This document shows positions 9,908-20,699 of a DNA stretch of 64,000 nucleotides, one piece after another. The stretch is from Dehalococcoidia bacterium (GTDB lineage Bacteria; Chloroflexota; Dehalococcoidia; SM23-28-2; RBG-16-64-32): the NCBI GenBank assembly GCA_963665775.2, contig CAXXTF010000002.1:384001-448000 (forward strand), given 5' to 3'. Made by a program: the position numbers and the translations under genes. The first letter of the stretch is position 1; each line of letters opens with the position of its first letter. Under the pieces are notes generated by a model that had not been told where the DNA came from, did not search any database, and worked only from the letters and a program-made list of their open reading frames with translations.

Positions 9908-11053
9908 CTATCGGCTCCTTGTCTCCGCCCGTAGTGCGTCGCGCTTCTGCCGGAGGGTGTCCATAACGTTCTGGAAGGAGTCGGCGAACAGCTGTACGCC
10001 CTGGACCTGGAGCTCATCCGTCACTGCCTTGAAGTCGATCCCCATCTGCTGCAGCTGGCGGATCGTCTCTCGCGCTTCGTTTAGCTCCTCCCCAATCGTC
10101 GCCGCCACCCGGCCGTGATCCCTGAACGCATCCAGCGTGACCTTGGGCATCGTGTTGATGGTGTCCGGCCCGATGAACGGCTCGACGTACATGACGTCTC
10201 GGTAGTTCGGGTTCTTCCTGCTCGTGCTGGCCCAGAGGCAGCGCTGTACCCGCGCCCCCTTCGCCGCCAGGGCTCGCCAGCGAGGGCCCGAGAAGACCTC
10301 CTGGAACTTGGCGTAGGCGATCTTGGCGTTGGCGACGCCGGCCCTGCCCAGCGGCGAATTCAGCTTCTCCCGCTCGGCCTCGCCGGTCGCGGCCGCGATC
10401 CGCTCCTGCAGCTTGCCGTCTACCAGCGTGTCGACGCGGCTGACGAAGAAGCTGGCGACCGAAGCGACGCGGTCGATGGGCTGGTTCGCCGCCAAGCGCC
10501 TTTCCAGCGCCCCGATGTACGTCCAGGCTACCTGCTCGTAGTTCTCCACTCCGAAAAGGAGCGTGATGTTGATGTTTATCCCCTCGCTCAGGCACTGCTC
10601 GATGGCGGGCATCGCTTCCGGCGTGCCGGGAATCTTGATCATGGCGTTCGGCCGGCCGAGCGCCGCGAACAGCCTGCGCGCGGCCTCGACGCTGCTCTGG
10701 ACCTCATACGCCAGGAGCGGTGACACCTCTAGGGAGGCGTAGCCGTCCACCCCTTGTGTCTGATCGTATACGGGCCGAAAGATGTCTGAGGATCGCTGAA
10801 TGTCCGTCACGGTCAAGCCGTCATAGATCTCCGCGATCTCCTGGCCCTGACCCGCGAGTTGGTGGAAGTGGTCGTCGTACACGTCGCTGCCCTTAAGGGC
10901 CTTCTCGAAGATCGACGGGTTGGAGGTGCCGCCGGAAACACCGTCCTCGTCGACCAGTCGCTGCAGCTCGCCCTCTACGAGGAGGGCGCGGTTAAGGTCG
11001 TCGTACCAGACGCTCTGGCCGTGCTCCTTCAGTAGTTGTAAGGGGTTTCCCAT
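9908..11053 (-). CDS. tal: Transaldolase
   Basis: GQSVWYD, TSNPSIFEKA, MIKIP and ASFFVSRVD motifs. Confidence 0.95.
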   Translation of the reverse strand: MGNPLQLLKEHGQSVWYDDLNRALLVEGELQRLVDEDGVSGGTSNPSIFEKALKGSDVYDDHFHQLAGQGQEIAEIYDGLTVTDIQRSSDIFRPVYDQTQGVDGYASLEVSPLLAYEVQSSVEAARRLFAALGRPNAMIKIPGTPEAMPAIEQCLSEGININITLLFGVENYEQVAWTYIGALERRLAANQPIDRVASVASFFVSRVDTLVDGKLQERIAAATGEAEREKLNSPLGRAGVANAKIAYAKFQEVFSGPRWRALAAKGARVQRCLWASTSRKNPNYRDVMYVEPFIGPDTINTMPKVTLDAFRDHGRVAATIGEELNEARETIRQLQQMGIDFKAVTDELQVQGVQLFADSFQNVMDTLRQKRDALRAETRSR

Positions 11054-11070
11054 ATCGCCCACTCCCTTTC

Positions 11071-11532
11071 CTATTCCCCTAACCGTTCCGCTCCCTGCTC
11101 CAGCTCCCGCACCTTGGCCAGGCGACGGCGATGGCGTTCCTCGCCGCTGAAGATGGCTTTCAGGAATGCCTGGGTCAACTCCAGGGCCAGCTCCGGCCCG
11201 ATGACCCTGGAGCCCAGACATAGCATGTTCATGTCGTCATGTTCCACGCCCTGGTGCGCTGAGTAAGTGTCGTGGCAGAGGCCGGCCCGCACCCCCGATA
11301 GTCTGTTGGCGGCGATGCTGGCCCCGACGCCGCTGCCGCAGACGAGGATCCCCCGCTCCGCTTCGCCGCTCAGGAGGGCCTTGCCCACAGCCAGGGCGTA
11401 GTCCGGATAGTCGACCGGCTTCTCGCCGTCCGTGCCCACATCCAGCACCTCGTGCCCGGACGACCGCAGCCGAGCGGCGATGGTCTCCTTGAGGGAGTAG
11501 CCACGGTGGTCGGCTCCCACGACGATGCGCAT
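11071..11532 (-). CDS. rpiB: Ribose-5-phosphate isomerase B
   Basis: GADHRG, DYPD and CGSGVG motifs. Confidence 0.96.
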   Translation of the reverse strand: MRIVVGADHRGYSLKETIAARLRSSGHEVLDVGTDGEKPVDYPDYALAVGKALLSGEAERGILVCGSGVGASIAANRLSGVRAGLCHDTYSAHQGVEHDDMNMLCLGSRVIGPELALELTQAFLKAIFSGEERHRRRLAKVRELEQGAERLGE

Positions 11533-11656
11533 CGCTTCTCCTTATATCGGCGCTGGCTTCCGGCTGGGTTCGAGCGGCTGGCGCACCTGAACCGGCTCCG
11601 TGCGATGACTGAAGCTCTTTGTCTGCCACAGGGATGTGTTCGGACCCCTAAAGACT

Positions 11657-11685
11657 ATGCTAGTCTCTGCCGTCCGGCCTTGCAA
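11657..11685 (-). promoter_or_regulatory. Probable sigma70-type promoter of the rpiB-tal-gnd-zwf-opcA operon
   Basis: TTGCAA-N17-TAGCAT on the minus strand. Confidence 0.55.
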
Positions 11686-11900
11686 CCGCGCGGCTTGGGA
11701 GCTTTCAGCGGGTTCAGGGCCGGCCCTCGCTCGCCTATCGCCGCCTTCCGACGAAGGGCCGACGGGCCTGCTCAGATCGTGCCGAATGCTACCTTCCCCC
11801 TCAAGGGAGAGCGTGTCATGCCGCCGGCGCTTGTCTGAGAGAGGCCGGACGCCACGTCCCTCATCCGGGTTGGCGGGCCGTTTCTGCGCCGGCCGAACGC

Positions 11901-13049
11901 TCAGGCGTTGGGTGCGGCGCCCGGCTTCTCGCTCAGTTCGCTGCGGATCTGAATCAGCCTTACCACATCAGCCCTGGTCACGAACCCTAGAAATATCCGG
12001 CCTTCCAACACCGGCATCTGGTGCACATCGTTGGCGGCCATCACCGCCAGCGCCTGCGATAGGTCGTCCCGCGGACCGGCGATGTGCAGCTTCTCCTGTG
12101 GCGTCATCGCCCGGAAGACGCTGGTGGTGGGCCAGTCCTGTTGCGGCACTCGCCGCAGGTCGCCCATGGTCACTAACCCCAGCAGCTCCTCGCCGGCCAC
12201 CACCGGCACGCATCGCTGGCCCAGGGCCAGCATGTAGTCGTTGACCAGTTGGTCAAGGGAGATGTCTGGCGGCACGGCGCGGAAACTGCGGTTCACCACC
12301 TCGCCCACCTTCGTCCCTTCCAGGGTGCTGCGGAGCTGCTGCTGGCGGTACGAGGAGTCAGAGACGTTGCGCAGGAACCAGCCGATGATGATGAACCAGA
12401 CACCGCCCACAAAGTTCCCGATCAGGATCGATACCACTCCGGCCGCCATCAGGGCAAACGAGATGATAGTGCTGGCGCCGGTGGCTCTCCTCGTCGATCC
12501 GAGTAGGTTGCCGCTCCGGGCCCAAAGAGCCGCCCGCAGCACCCTCCCGCCGTCCAGAGGATAGCCGGGCAGCATGTTGAATATCGCTACGGCGGCGTTG
12601 ATGAAGGTCAGGTACTGGAAGATCGCCCCGACGGGCGTGTCGTGGATGTCGGTGGCCCAGGCCACTGCCGTCAGGGCGCCAAACACGATGGCCAGAATCA
12701 CACTTGTCAAAGGGCCGACGATCGCTATCTGGAATTCCTTCTTGGCGCTGTCCGGCTCCGCTCCCAGCGCCGAGATCCCGCCGAATACGAACAACGTGAT
12801 GTTCTTGACCGGCAACCCCAGCCGCTTGGCCATCAGCGAGTGTGACAGCTCATGAAGGAGGACGCAGCCGAAGAAGAGCAACGCTGCTGCCATCGCCGTC
12901 CCCCAGCGCTCCCTGGCGCTCCAGTCTTCGTAGACATCCTCGAAAAAGCCTTCCGCGAGCCACCAGGTGAGGAGGAAGAAGATAGCAAACCAGCTCCAGT
13001 GGACCAGAATATCGATCCCGATTATCCGTCCCAGCCGGAAGGAACCCAT
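11901..13049 (-). CDS. Site-2 protease (M50) with C-terminal CBS pair
   Basis: HELSH zinc motif, NMLPGYPLDGGR, two CBS-like repeats. Confidence 0.92.
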   Translation of the reverse strand: MGSFRLGRIIGIDILVHWSWFAIFFLLTWWLAEGFFEDVYEDWSARERWGTAMAAALLFFGCVLLHELSHSLMAKRLGLPVKNITLFVFGGISALGAEPDSAKKEFQIAIVGPLTSVILAIVFGALTAVAWATDIHDTPVGAIFQYLTFINAAVAIFNMLPGYPLDGGRVLRAALWARSGNLLGSTRRATGASTIISFALMAAGVVSILIGNFVGGVWFIIIGWFLRNVSDSSYRQQQLRSTLEGTKVGEVVNRSFRAVPPDISLDQLVNDYMLALGQRCVPVVAGEELLGLVTMGDLRRVPQQDWPTTSVFRAMTPQEKLHIAGPRDDLSQALAVMAANDVHQMPVLEGRIFLGFVTRADVVRLIQIRSELSEKPGAAPNA

Positions 13050-13052
13050 GGC

Positions 13053-13454
13053 TTACTCCTGCGCCGCTAGCCCCTCTGGTCGCACCATGAGGCAAGGCAG
13101 GGCGCTGCGTCGCAACACCCCGTCCGCGACGCTCCCGAACACCCAGCGCAGAGCCCCGGAGCGCCCGTGGGTGCTCATGGCGATAAGGTCCGCCTCCCAG
13201 GCCTCCGCCTCGCTCAGGATCGTTTCCGCTTCTCCGTCCGACGCCACAGAGATGGAGGCTTCAACGGCCCGCTTCTTTAGCTGATTTTGCTTGGATTTCA
13301 GGTAGCTGTTCGCGCGCTCCCTGTCGGGCTCGTCCTTGGCTACGGTGAGGAGTCGCACCTTGATGCCGGTACCCATCGCCAGGCGCTCCAGATAGGGAAG
13401 CACGGCTTCAGCCAGATCCGAGCAGTCCAGGGGCACGAAAATCCGCTCAATCAC
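13053..13454 (-). CDS. Universal stress protein
   Basis: IFVPLDCS and [12 protein letters not shown]...FGSVA motifs. Confidence 0.92.
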   Translation of the reverse strand: MIERIFVPLDCSDLAEAVLPYLERLAMGTGIKVRLLTVAKDEPDRERANSYLKSKQNQLKKRAVEASISVASDGEAETILSEAEAWEADLIAMSTHGRSGALRWVFGSVADGVLRRSALPCLMVRPEGLAAQE

Positions 13455-14680
13455 GGGGTCTCCTCTCTGTAAGTAAGACCAAATTGCTCGATCCCCAGGG
13501 CTCGGGCGACGATATCGATGTCCTTGTCGCCCCGGCCGGAGAGGCAGACCAGAACGATAGCGTCCCGGGGCAGCGTTCCGGCCAGCTCCGCCGCCTGGTA
13601 TACAGCGTGCGCAGACTCCAGGGCGGGGATAATCCCCTCCGTCTGGCAGAGGAGGGTGAACCCCTCCAGCGCCTGCTGGTCCGTCACCGCCACGTACTGG
13701 GCGCGCCCCGAATCCTTATAGAAGGCGTGCTCCGGTCCCACACCGGGGTAGTCCAGACCGGCAGAGATAGAGTGGGTCTCCACCACCTGGCCCGCCGCAT
13801 CCTGGAGGAGGTAGGAGCTGGCCCCGTGCAGGACGCCGGGGCGGCCTGCCGCCAGGCTCGCTGCGTGCGCGCCGGTCGATAGGCCGCGGCCCGCCGCCTC
13901 CGCACCCACGAAGCGCACGGACTCATCGGCGTAGAAGGGGTGGAACAGGCCAATGGCGTTGGAGCCCCCGCCGACGCAGGCTACGGCGTAGTCGGGCAGC
14001 CGTCCCTCCGCCTCCAACATCTGCTCCCGCGCCTCCCGGCCGATGACCGACTGAAAGTCGCGCACCAGCATAGGGTAGGGGTGGGGGCCCACGACGGAGC
14101 CCAGCAGATAGTGGGTGGATTCTACGTTGGTCACCCAGTCCCGGATCGCCTCGTTGATGGCGTCCTTGAGGGTGCGGGAGCCGGAGGCGACGGGTCTCAC
14201 CTCGGCCCCCAGGAGGCGCATCCGGAAGACGTTGAGGGCCTGCCGCTGTATGTCCTCCTCGCCCATGTAGACCACGCATTCGAGGCCCAGCATGGCGCAT
14301 ACGGTGGCGGCGGCGACTCCGTGCTGACCGGCGCCGGTCTCGGCGATGACACGGGATTTCCCGATGCGCCGCGCCAGCAGCCCCTGGCCCAGGGCGTTGT
14401 TGATCTTGTGGGCCCCGGTATGGGCCAGGTCCTCCCGCTTCAGATATATCCGGGCGCCGCCCGATCGCTCCGTCAGACGGCGAGCGAAGTAGAGGGGCGT
14501 GGGCCGGCCTGCGTACTCCCGCAGCAGCGGCTCCAGCTCTCGCCGGAAGCCCTCGTCCTGCTGGGCCTGCCGATAGGCTCGCTCCAGCTCTGCGAGGGCG
14601 GGCATGAGGGTCTCCGGTACGTACTGGCCGCCGAAGGTCCCGAAGCGGCCGCGGTCGTCCGGTAGCGCGGCGTTACCCAC
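13451..14680 (-). CDS. trpB: Tryptophan synthase beta subunit
   Basis: [12 protein letters not shown]-lysine motif, AETGAGQHG. Confidence 0.98.
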   Translation of the reverse strand: MGNAALPDDRGRFGTFGGQYVPETLMPALAELERAYRQAQQDEGFRRELEPLLREYAGRPTPLYFARRLTERSGGARIYLKREDLAHTGAHKINNALGQGLLARRIGKSRVIAETGAGQHGVAAATVCAMLGLECVVYMGEEDIQRQALNVFRMRLLGAEVRPVASGSRTLKDAINEAIRDWVTNVESTHYLLGSVVGPHPYPMLVRDFQSVIGREAREQMLEAEGRLPDYAVACVGGGSNAIGLFHPFYADESVRFVGAEAAGRGLSTGAHAASLAAGRPGVLHGASSYLLQDAAGQVVETHSISAGLDYPGVGPEHAFYKDSGRAQYVAVTDQQALEGFTLLCQTEGIIPALESAHAVYQAAELAGTLPRDAIVLVCLSGRGDKDIDIVARALGIEQFGLTYREETP

Positions 14681-15356
14681 CTCCGGCCCCCTTCGCCGCC
14701 TCGATGAAGGCGCGCACCTTCAAGACGTCCTTGGCGCCGCCGGTCTCCACCCCGCTCGACACGTCCACCGCCCAGGGGCGGACGGTCCGCACGGCGTCCG
14801 CCACGTTCTCCGGCGTCAGGCCGCCGGCCAGCATCAGCGGAAGTCGGGCCGCCACCTGGCCGGCCACGGCCCAGTCCAGGGTCACCCCGGTGCCGCCGTA
14901 CGATCCCTCGACGTACGGGTCCAGAAGGACCAGCCCGCCCTGACCGACCCCCGCCAGCACCTCTCCAGCCTGCTGGCCCGGGCGGACCTTCGTGCACTTC
15001 AGCACGGGCCGCCTCAATAGCTCGCACATCTCCCACGGCTCAAATCCGGAGAGCTGCACGAGGTCCAGTGCGCACTCCTCGGCGATGCCGTTGATCGTCT
15101 CCGTGTCCTGGTCCGCGAACACCCCCACCAGCAGCGGCCGACGGGAGCGCAGCGCCTCCTCCACGGCCTCGGTCGTGGCGGCTGTGGGCGGGCGATCGCC
15201 ACCCTTGCCCAGGGCCGTGGCGATCCGTTTCCCCTGACCCATCGTCACCTGCCGCCGCGAGGGCGCGAACACCATGCCCACGAAGTCGGCCCCCAGGGCG
15301 GCCGCCGCCCGGGCCTGCCTGGGCTCCGAGACGCCGTCTATCTTAACCAGGGTCAT
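14673..15356 (-). CDS. trpF: Phosphoribosylanthranilate isomerase
   Basis: [14 protein letters not shown] and VDVSSGVE motifs. Confidence 0.95.
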   Translation of the reverse strand: MTLVKIDGVSEPRQARAAAALGADFVGMVFAPSRRQVTMGQGKRIATALGKGGDRPPTAATTEAVEEALRSRRPLLVGVFADQDTETINGIAEECALDLVQLSGFEPWEMCELLRRPVLKCTKVRPGQQAGEVLAGVGQGGLVLLDPYVEGSYGGTGVTLDWAVAGQVAARLPLMLAGGLTPENVADAVRTVRPWAVDVSSGVETGGAKDVLKVRAFIEAAKGAGGG

Positions 15357-16147
15357 CCCATCAGCTCCCGTATCTTGGCCGCCGGGTCCGCCGCCGTCAC
15401 CAGCGCCTCGCCGATGAGCACGGCGTGGGCCCCTACCGCCGCCACTCGTTCCACGTCCGCGCGCGCCGAAATGCCGCTCTCGGCCACGACCGTCTTGTCG
15501 GGCGGCACCAGCGGTCGCAGCCGCTCCGTGGTCGCCAGCGTCACCTCGAACGTGCGCAGGTTCCGGTTGTTGATGCCGATGATTTTCGCCTCCGCCATCA
15601 GGGCTCGCTCCATCTCCCGCTCGTCGTGCACCTCCACCAGGGCGGCCATGCCCAGGGAGTGGGCCAGGGCGATGAGTTGGGCCAGCAGGCCAGGGTTCAG
15701 TATGGCCGCGATGAGGAGAACGGCGTCCGCGCCGTAGAGGCGGGCCTCATACATCTGGTAGACGTCGAACAGGAAGTCCTTGCGCAGCAGGGGCGGCTCC
15801 TGGGGCAGCGCCTTCCGCACGGCCCCCAGATGCTCCAGCGAGCCCCCGAAGTGCTTCTCGTCCGTCAGCACGGAGATGGCGGCGGCGCCCGCGTCCGCGT
15901 AGCTCTGCGCGAAGGCCGTCGGATCGAGGTCGGCCCGCAGCAGCCCCCGCGACGGCGATGCCCGCTTGACCTCGGCGATGAGCCGGATCGCTTCGCCCCG
16001 GATCGCCTCCTCGAACGGTCTCAGCGGCGGCGCCTCGGCGAGCCGCGCCTCCAGCTCGGCGATAGGCTTGGCCGCCTGGGCGGCCGCCAGCTCCTCCCGC
16101 TTGTGCGCGACGATGCGGTCGAGGATGGTCTCCGTGTGCTGGGTCAT
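15353..16147 (-). CDS. trpC: Indole-3-glycerol phosphate synthase
   Basis: IAEVKRASPSRG, LRKDF and GINNRNL motifs. Confidence 0.97.
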   Translation of the reverse strand: MTQHTETILDRIVAHKREELAAAQAAKPIAELEARLAEAPPLRPFEEAIRGEAIRLIAEVKRASPSRGLLRADLDPTAFAQSYADAGAAAISVLTDEKHFGGSLEHLGAVRKALPQEPPLLRKDFLFDVYQMYEARLYGADAVLLIAAILNPGLLAQLIALAHSLGMAALVEVHDEREMERALMAEAKIIGINNRNLRTFEVTLATTERLRPLVPPDKTVVAESGISARADVERVAAVGAHAVLIGEALVTAADPAAKIRELMG

Positions 16148-16205
16148 GGCTGGATTATCTCACAATCGGTTCAAGGTCAGGGCGTTGGGCGGCCGCCGAT
16201 CGGGC

Positions 16206-17222
16206 CTAGTCGAGGCTGTTGGTAAGATCGATGAACTGCTCCAGTCGCTGTCTGGCGGCGCCGGAATCGATCGCCTCCTGGGCCAGGCGGACGCCGTCTC
16301 GTAGGTCGGCTGCCACCTCGGCCGCCATCAGGGCGGCGGCCGCGTTCAGCAGCACGATCTCCCGCAGCGGGCCCTGTTGCCCGTCCAGGATGGCTCGGAG
16401 GGCAGCGGCGTTCTCCTCGGCGCTGCCGCCTCGGATCGCCTCCAGGGGTGCGCTCGTCAGCCCTACCTCCTCCGGCGACACCGTATACTGGCGACTCTCG
16501 CCGCCCTGGACCTCGTGGATGGTAGAGGGGCCGCTCAGGGAGAGCTCGTCCAGGCCCTCATGGCCGTGGACCACCAGGGCCCGGCGGCTGCCCAGCCTCT
16601 GGAGCGCCGCCGCCATCTTGGGCGCGAGCTCGGGACGGGCGACGCCCAGCAGCTGGGCCTGGGCCCCGGCCGGGTTGGTCAGCGGGCCGAGGATGTTGAA
16701 CACGGTGCGCACGCCGATCTCCCGTCTGGGGCCTGCCACGTGCTTCATCGCCGGGTGGAAGGCCTGCGCGAACATGAACCCGAATCCGGCCTCGCGGATG
16801 CAGCGGGCCACCCCCTCCGGCGGCAGGTCGATCTTCGCCCCCAGCGCCTCCAGCACGTCCGCCGAGCCGCAGGCGCTGCTCATCGCCCGGTTGCCGTGCT
16901 TCGCCACGCGGGCGCCGGCCCCCGCCGCCACGAACGCCGCGGCGGTGGAGACGTTGAAGGTGCCCTGGGCGTCGCCGCCGGTGCCGCAGGTGTCCACCAG
17001 CGGGCCATCGATTTCCACCCGCAGGGCATGCTTCCGCATCACCCGCGCCATGCCGACGATCTCCTCCACGGTTTCGCCCTTCATACGCAGGGCGATGAGG
17101 AAGGCGCCGATCTGGGCGGGGGTGGCCTGGCCGGACATGATCTCCCGCATGGCACCGGACGCCTCGTCCTCGGTGAGGTCGCGCCCCTGGTTGACGATGG
17201 CGTCTATCGCTTCGCGGATCAT
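16206..17222 (-). CDS. trpD: Anthranilate phosphoribosyltransferase
   Basis: DTCGTGGD, FNVST and KHGNR motifs. Confidence 0.97.
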   Translation of the reverse strand: MIREAIDAIVNQGRDLTEDEASGAMREIMSGQATPAQIGAFLIALRMKGETVEEIVGMARVMRKHALRVEIDGPLVDTCGTGGDAQGTFNVSTAAAFVAAGAGARVAKHGNRAMSSACGSADVLEALGAKIDLPPEGVARCIREAGFGFMFAQAFHPAMKHVAGPRREIGVRTVFNILGPLTNPAGAQAQLLGVARPELAPKMAAALQRLGSRRALVVHGHEGLDELSLSGPSTIHEVQGGESRQYTVSPEEVGLTSAPLEAIRGGSAEENAAALRAILDGQQGPLREIVLLNAAAALMAAEVAADLRDGVRLAQEAIDSGAARQRLEQFIDLTNSLD

Positions 17223-17223
17223 C

Positions 17224-17790
17224 TCACGTCTCCAGGAAGTTCCGCAGGATGTCCTTCCCAACTGCCGTCAGGATCGACTCCGGGTGGAACTGTACCCCCT
17301 CGATGGGATAGCGCCGGTGGCGCACCGCCATGATCACGCCGCTGTCGGACTCCGCCGTCACCTCCAGCTCGTCCTCCGGGAAGCCCTCCTTCTGGATGGA
17401 TAGCGAGTGGTAGCGGATCGCCTCGAAGGGGTTGGGCAGGCCCCGCAGCACGCCCTGGCTGCCGTGGTGGACGAGCGATGTCTTGCCGTGCATGATCTCG
17501 CCCGCCCCGGCCACCACGCCCCCGAACGCCTCGCCGATCGCCTGGTGACCCAGGCAGACCCCCAGCAGCGGCAGCTTCCCGGCGAAGCGCCGTACCAGCG
17601 GCACGCTGATCCCCGCCTCTTTCGGCGTGCAGGGCCCCGGCGAGATGACGATCCGCTCCGGGGCCATCGACTCGATCTCCTCCAGCGAGACTTTATCGTT
17701 GCGCACCACCCGCACCTCGGCGCCTAGCTCGGAGAGGTACTGATAGAGGTTGTAGGTGAAGCTGTCGTAGTTGTCGATGAGGAGGATCAT
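17224..17790 (-). CDS. trpG: Anthranilate synthase component II (glutamine amidotransferase)
   Basis: IDNYDSFTYN, GVCLGHQ and QFHPES motifs. Confidence 0.97.
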   Translation of the reverse strand: MILLIDNYDSFTYNLYQYLSELGAEVRVVRNDKVSLEEIESMAPERIVISPGPCTPKEAGISVPLVRRFAGKLPLLGVCLGHQAIGEAFGGVVAGAGEIMHGKTSLVHHGSQGVLRGLPNPFEAIRYHSLSIQKEGFPEDELEVTAESDSGVIMAVRHRRYPIEGVQFHPESILTAVGKDILRNFLET

Positions 17791-17798
17791 CGGCCCGC

Positions 17799-19292
17799 CT
17801 AGTACCCCGGGCTTCCCGCCGGCCCCGTCTCCTCCAGCGCCTCCGCCCGGTCGATAGCGGTAAGGAGGGCGCGCGCTTTGTTCAGGGACTCCTGGTATTC
17901 GCTCTCCGGCACGCTATCGTAGACGACGCCGCCCCCGGCCTGAATCTGGGCCAGCCCGTCCTTCATGACGATGGTACGAATGGTGATGGCGGTATCCATG
18001 TTGCCGGAGAAGTCGAAGTAGCCCACGGCGCCGGCGTAGGGCCCGCGACGGTCCGGCTCCAGCTCGGCGATGATCTCCATCGCTCGGATCTTGGGAGCGC
18101 CGGTCACGGTTCCGGCGGGAAAGCAGGCCCGCAAGGCGTCGTAGGCGGAGAGCTCCGGTCGCAGGCGGCCCGTTACCCGGGAGACCAGATGCATAACGTG
18201 CGAGTATCGCTCCACGATCATGAAATCGCCGACCCGGACGCTGCCCGGCTGGCTCACCCGGCCGATATCGTTGCGGCCCAGGTCCACCAGCATGACGTGC
18301 TCGGCCCGCTCCTTCTCGTCAGCCTGAAGCTCGCTCTCCAGCGCCGCGTCCTCCTCTGGGCTGTGCCCCCGGCGACGCGTCCCGGCGATGGGGTGGGTCT
18401 CCACCTCACCCTCCTCCACCCGCACCAGCATCTCCGGCGAGGCGCCGATGATGTGCGCGTCTCCCATCGCCAGGTAGTACATGTAGGGTGAGGGGTTCAC
18501 GGTGCGCAACGCCCGGTATATCGAGAAGGGGTGGGCGGCAGTGCGCCGGGTGAGGCGTTGTGACGGTACGACCTGGATGACGTCGCCCGCCACGATGTAC
18601 TCGCGGGCCTGCTCCACGTTGGCCGCGTACTGCTCCCTGCTGACGTTGGATCGCACCGGCTCTGGGGCGGCCGGGGCCGCCTCCACGGGGTAGGGAGAGG
18701 CCGGAAGCGGCTGGGTCAGCCGCTTCACCAGCTCGTCGATGCGCCGGCAGGCCTGGCGGTATGAGGACTCGATGTCGCCGTCCAGGTGGCAGTGGGAGAC
18801 CACCTTGATGGTGTGTCGCAGATGGTCGAATACGAGGATGGTGTCCAGGAACACGAACAGCGCCTCCGGTATCCCCTGCGGGTCAGCTTCGGCGATGGGC
18901 ACTCGCGGCTCAAAGTGGCGTATCGACTCGTAGGCCAAGAAGCCGACGGCGCCGCCGGTAAAGCGGGGTAGGTCGTTCTGCAGACGGGCCAGCCGGTAGC
19001 GACCCAGCTCGCTCTCGATCTCCTGGAGGGGGTCCGAACCCTCGGAGGGGTCCGCGTAAGGGCCGCGACGCAGGACGCGGTACGGCTCCGTGCCGATGAA
19101 GCTGTAGCGGGCCAGCCGCTCGCCTCCCTCCACCGACTCCAGCAGGAAGGAGTGGTCGCCGCGGGCCACCTTCAGGAAGGCGGAGACCGGCGTCTCCAGG
19201 TCGGCTGCTACATCGCGGTAGACGGGCACCAGGTTAGCCTCGGTGCTGGCCGCGAGGGCCTGAACGATTTCCAGCTCCGGCAGGTATCTCAT
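17799..19292 (-). CDS. trpE: Anthranilate synthase component I
   Basis: FLLES, NPSPYMY and GAPKIRAM motifs. Confidence 0.97.
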   Translation of the reverse strand: MRYLPELEIVQALAASTEANLVPVYRDVAADLETPVSAFLKVARGDHSFLLESVEGGERLARYSFIGTEPYRVLRRGPYADPSEGSDPLQEIESELGRYRLARLQNDLPRFTGGAVGFLAYESIRHFEPRVPIAEADPQGIPEALFVFLDTILVFDHLRHTIKVVSHCHLDGDIESSYRQACRRIDELVKRLTQPLPASPYPVEAAPAAPEPVRSNVSREQYAANVEQAREYIVAGDVIQVVPSQRLTRRTAAHPFSIYRALRTVNPSPYMYYLAMGDAHIIGASPEMLVRVEEGEVETHPIAGTRRRGHSPEEDAALESELQADEKERAEHVMLVDLGRNDIGRVSQPGSVRVGDFMIVERYSHVMHLVSRVTGRLRPELSAYDALRACFPAGTVTGAPKIRAMEIIAELEPDRRGPYAGAVGYFDFSGNMDTAITIRTIVMKDGLAQIQAGGGVVYDSVPESEYQESLNKARALLTAIDRAEALEETGPAGSPGY

Positions 19293-20326
19293 TCCCTCAT
19301 CTCTACCGTGGCGTCGCGGAAGTAGGTCAGGCCCATCGCCTCCCGAGCCTCGGCCAGAGTGCGGCGGCACTCCTCCCGCGCCCGCGCCGAGCCGTCGCGG
19401 ATGATCTCCTCCACCAGGCCCGGTTGCGCAGCCAGCCCGGCCCGACGCTCTCGGATCGGCGCCAGGAAGCGGTTGATCGCCGCGGCCAGCTTTGTCTTCA
19501 CCTCTACGTCGCCGACCTTACCTTTGCGGTATCGCTCCTTCAGCTCTTCCACCTCTCCTGGATCATCGTTAAAGGCGTCGTGGTATGTGAACACCGGGTT
19601 GCCCTCCACCCGACCGGGAATATCGGCCCGGACGCGTTTGGGGTCCGTGTACATGGACGTCACTCGTTGCTCCACCGTCTTGGGGTCGTCCGAGAGAAGG
19701 ATGATGTTGCCGACGGACTTGCTGGCCTTGGCCTGACCATCGGTGCCCACTAGCATAGGGCCGATGGGCGCGTCCGGCTCCGGGAAGACAGGGGCGTAGG
19801 TAGAGTTGAAGCGGCGGGCTATCTCCCTGGTCAGCTCTATGTGTGAGGCCTGGTCGCGGCTGACGGGCACTACATCGCCCTTCACCATCAGGATGTCGGC
19901 CGCCTGGAGGATAGGATAGGCCAACAGGGACATAGAGGCCGTCTCCAACCGGAGGTCACGGACCTGCTCCTTAAGGGTGGGAATGCGTTGGGCGCGCGGG
20001 ACGCCGACCAGGGGCATGAACAGCCAGGTAAGCTCCAGCACCTCCGGCACCAGCGATTGCAGATATATGGTCGTCTTCTGGGGGTCGAGGCCGACCGCAA
20101 GGTCATCTAGGACGACCTCTCGGATGTTCTGTCCGATCTCCTCCAGGTGTTCTGTGCGAGTCGTCAGGACGTGCAAGTCAGCCACCAGGACGAAGCACTC
20201 CAGCTTCTCCTGGAGCTCCACTTGTGCTTTGAGCGTGCCCACATAGTGGCCCAAGTGCAGGGGCCCGGTGGGCCGGATCCCCGTAAGCATCCGCTTCCAG
20301 CGCGGGTCGATGGCTAGTTCAGTCAT
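19289..20326 (-). CDS. trpS: Tryptophanyl-tRNA synthetase
   Basis: HLGH, YPILQAADIL and KASKS (KMSKS variant) motifs. Confidence 0.95.
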   Translation of the reverse strand: MTELAIDPRWKRMLTGIRPTGPLHLGHYVGTLKAQVELQEKLECFVLVADLHVLTTRTEHLEEIGQNIREVVLDDLAVGLDPQKTTIYLQSLVPEVLELTWLFMPLVGVPRAQRIPTLKEQVRDLRLETASMSLLAYPILQAADILMVKGDVVPVSRDQASHIELTREIARRFNSTYAPVFPEPDAPIGPMLVGTDGQAKASKSVGNIILLSDDPKTVEQRVTSMYTDPKRVRADIPGRVEGNPVFTYHDAFNDDPGEVEELKERYRKGKVGDVEVKTKLAAAINRFLAPIRERRAGLAAQPGLVEEIIRDGSARAREECRRTLAEAREAMGLTYFRDATVEMRE

Positions 20327-20345
20327 TTCAGCTCACCATACAATT

Positions 20346-20625
20346 CAAAGACCCCTCGCCACAGGGGCGAGGGGTCTCTCGCGGTGCCACCCTAGTTCCC
20401 CCATTTCGGGGGATCTCGTTCCAGACACGGCCCCTTGGGGCGATGTCCTGGGCCTGTAACGGTGCCCTCTCCGGCCCGGCCTACTTCCGTTCCATATTTT
20501 CCGTGTTGGGGTTCGGCTGGCAGCTCCCGGGTCCATTCCCTCGTGGCGCCGGCGCCGGGCTTCCACCTCTCCCCGGCTCTCTGGGCCTCGCTTCACGGGG
20601 TACTAGTCCCGTTCGCGGCTGTTCG
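20346..20625 (-). ncRNA. Trp T-box riboswitch leader with intrinsic terminator
   Basis: AGGGTGGCACCGCG T-box sequence (20380-20393), GAA-TGG-ACC specifier (UGG = Trp, 20533-20535), AGTA and AGAGA/GGTGGAA stem-I motifs, terminator hairpin before trpS. Confidence 0.92.
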
Positions 20626-20643
20626 CGATTTTATTGTGATAGG

Positions 20644-20672
20644 AGTGTAGCAGCGACCGGTAACCGTGTCAA
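20644..20672 (-). promoter_or_regulatory. Sigma70-type promoter of the T-box/trpS operon
   Basis: TTGACA-N17-TACACT. Confidence 0.8.
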
Positions 20673-20699
20673 ACCTGGGAGCGTTGTGGACGGGCCGCC

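Noticed and set aside
16219-17403. Long antisense ORFs (also 33007-34086, 52069-53451, 62154-63323 and others)
   Set aside because: Shadow ORFs expected from high-GC codon bias opposite well-supported genes.
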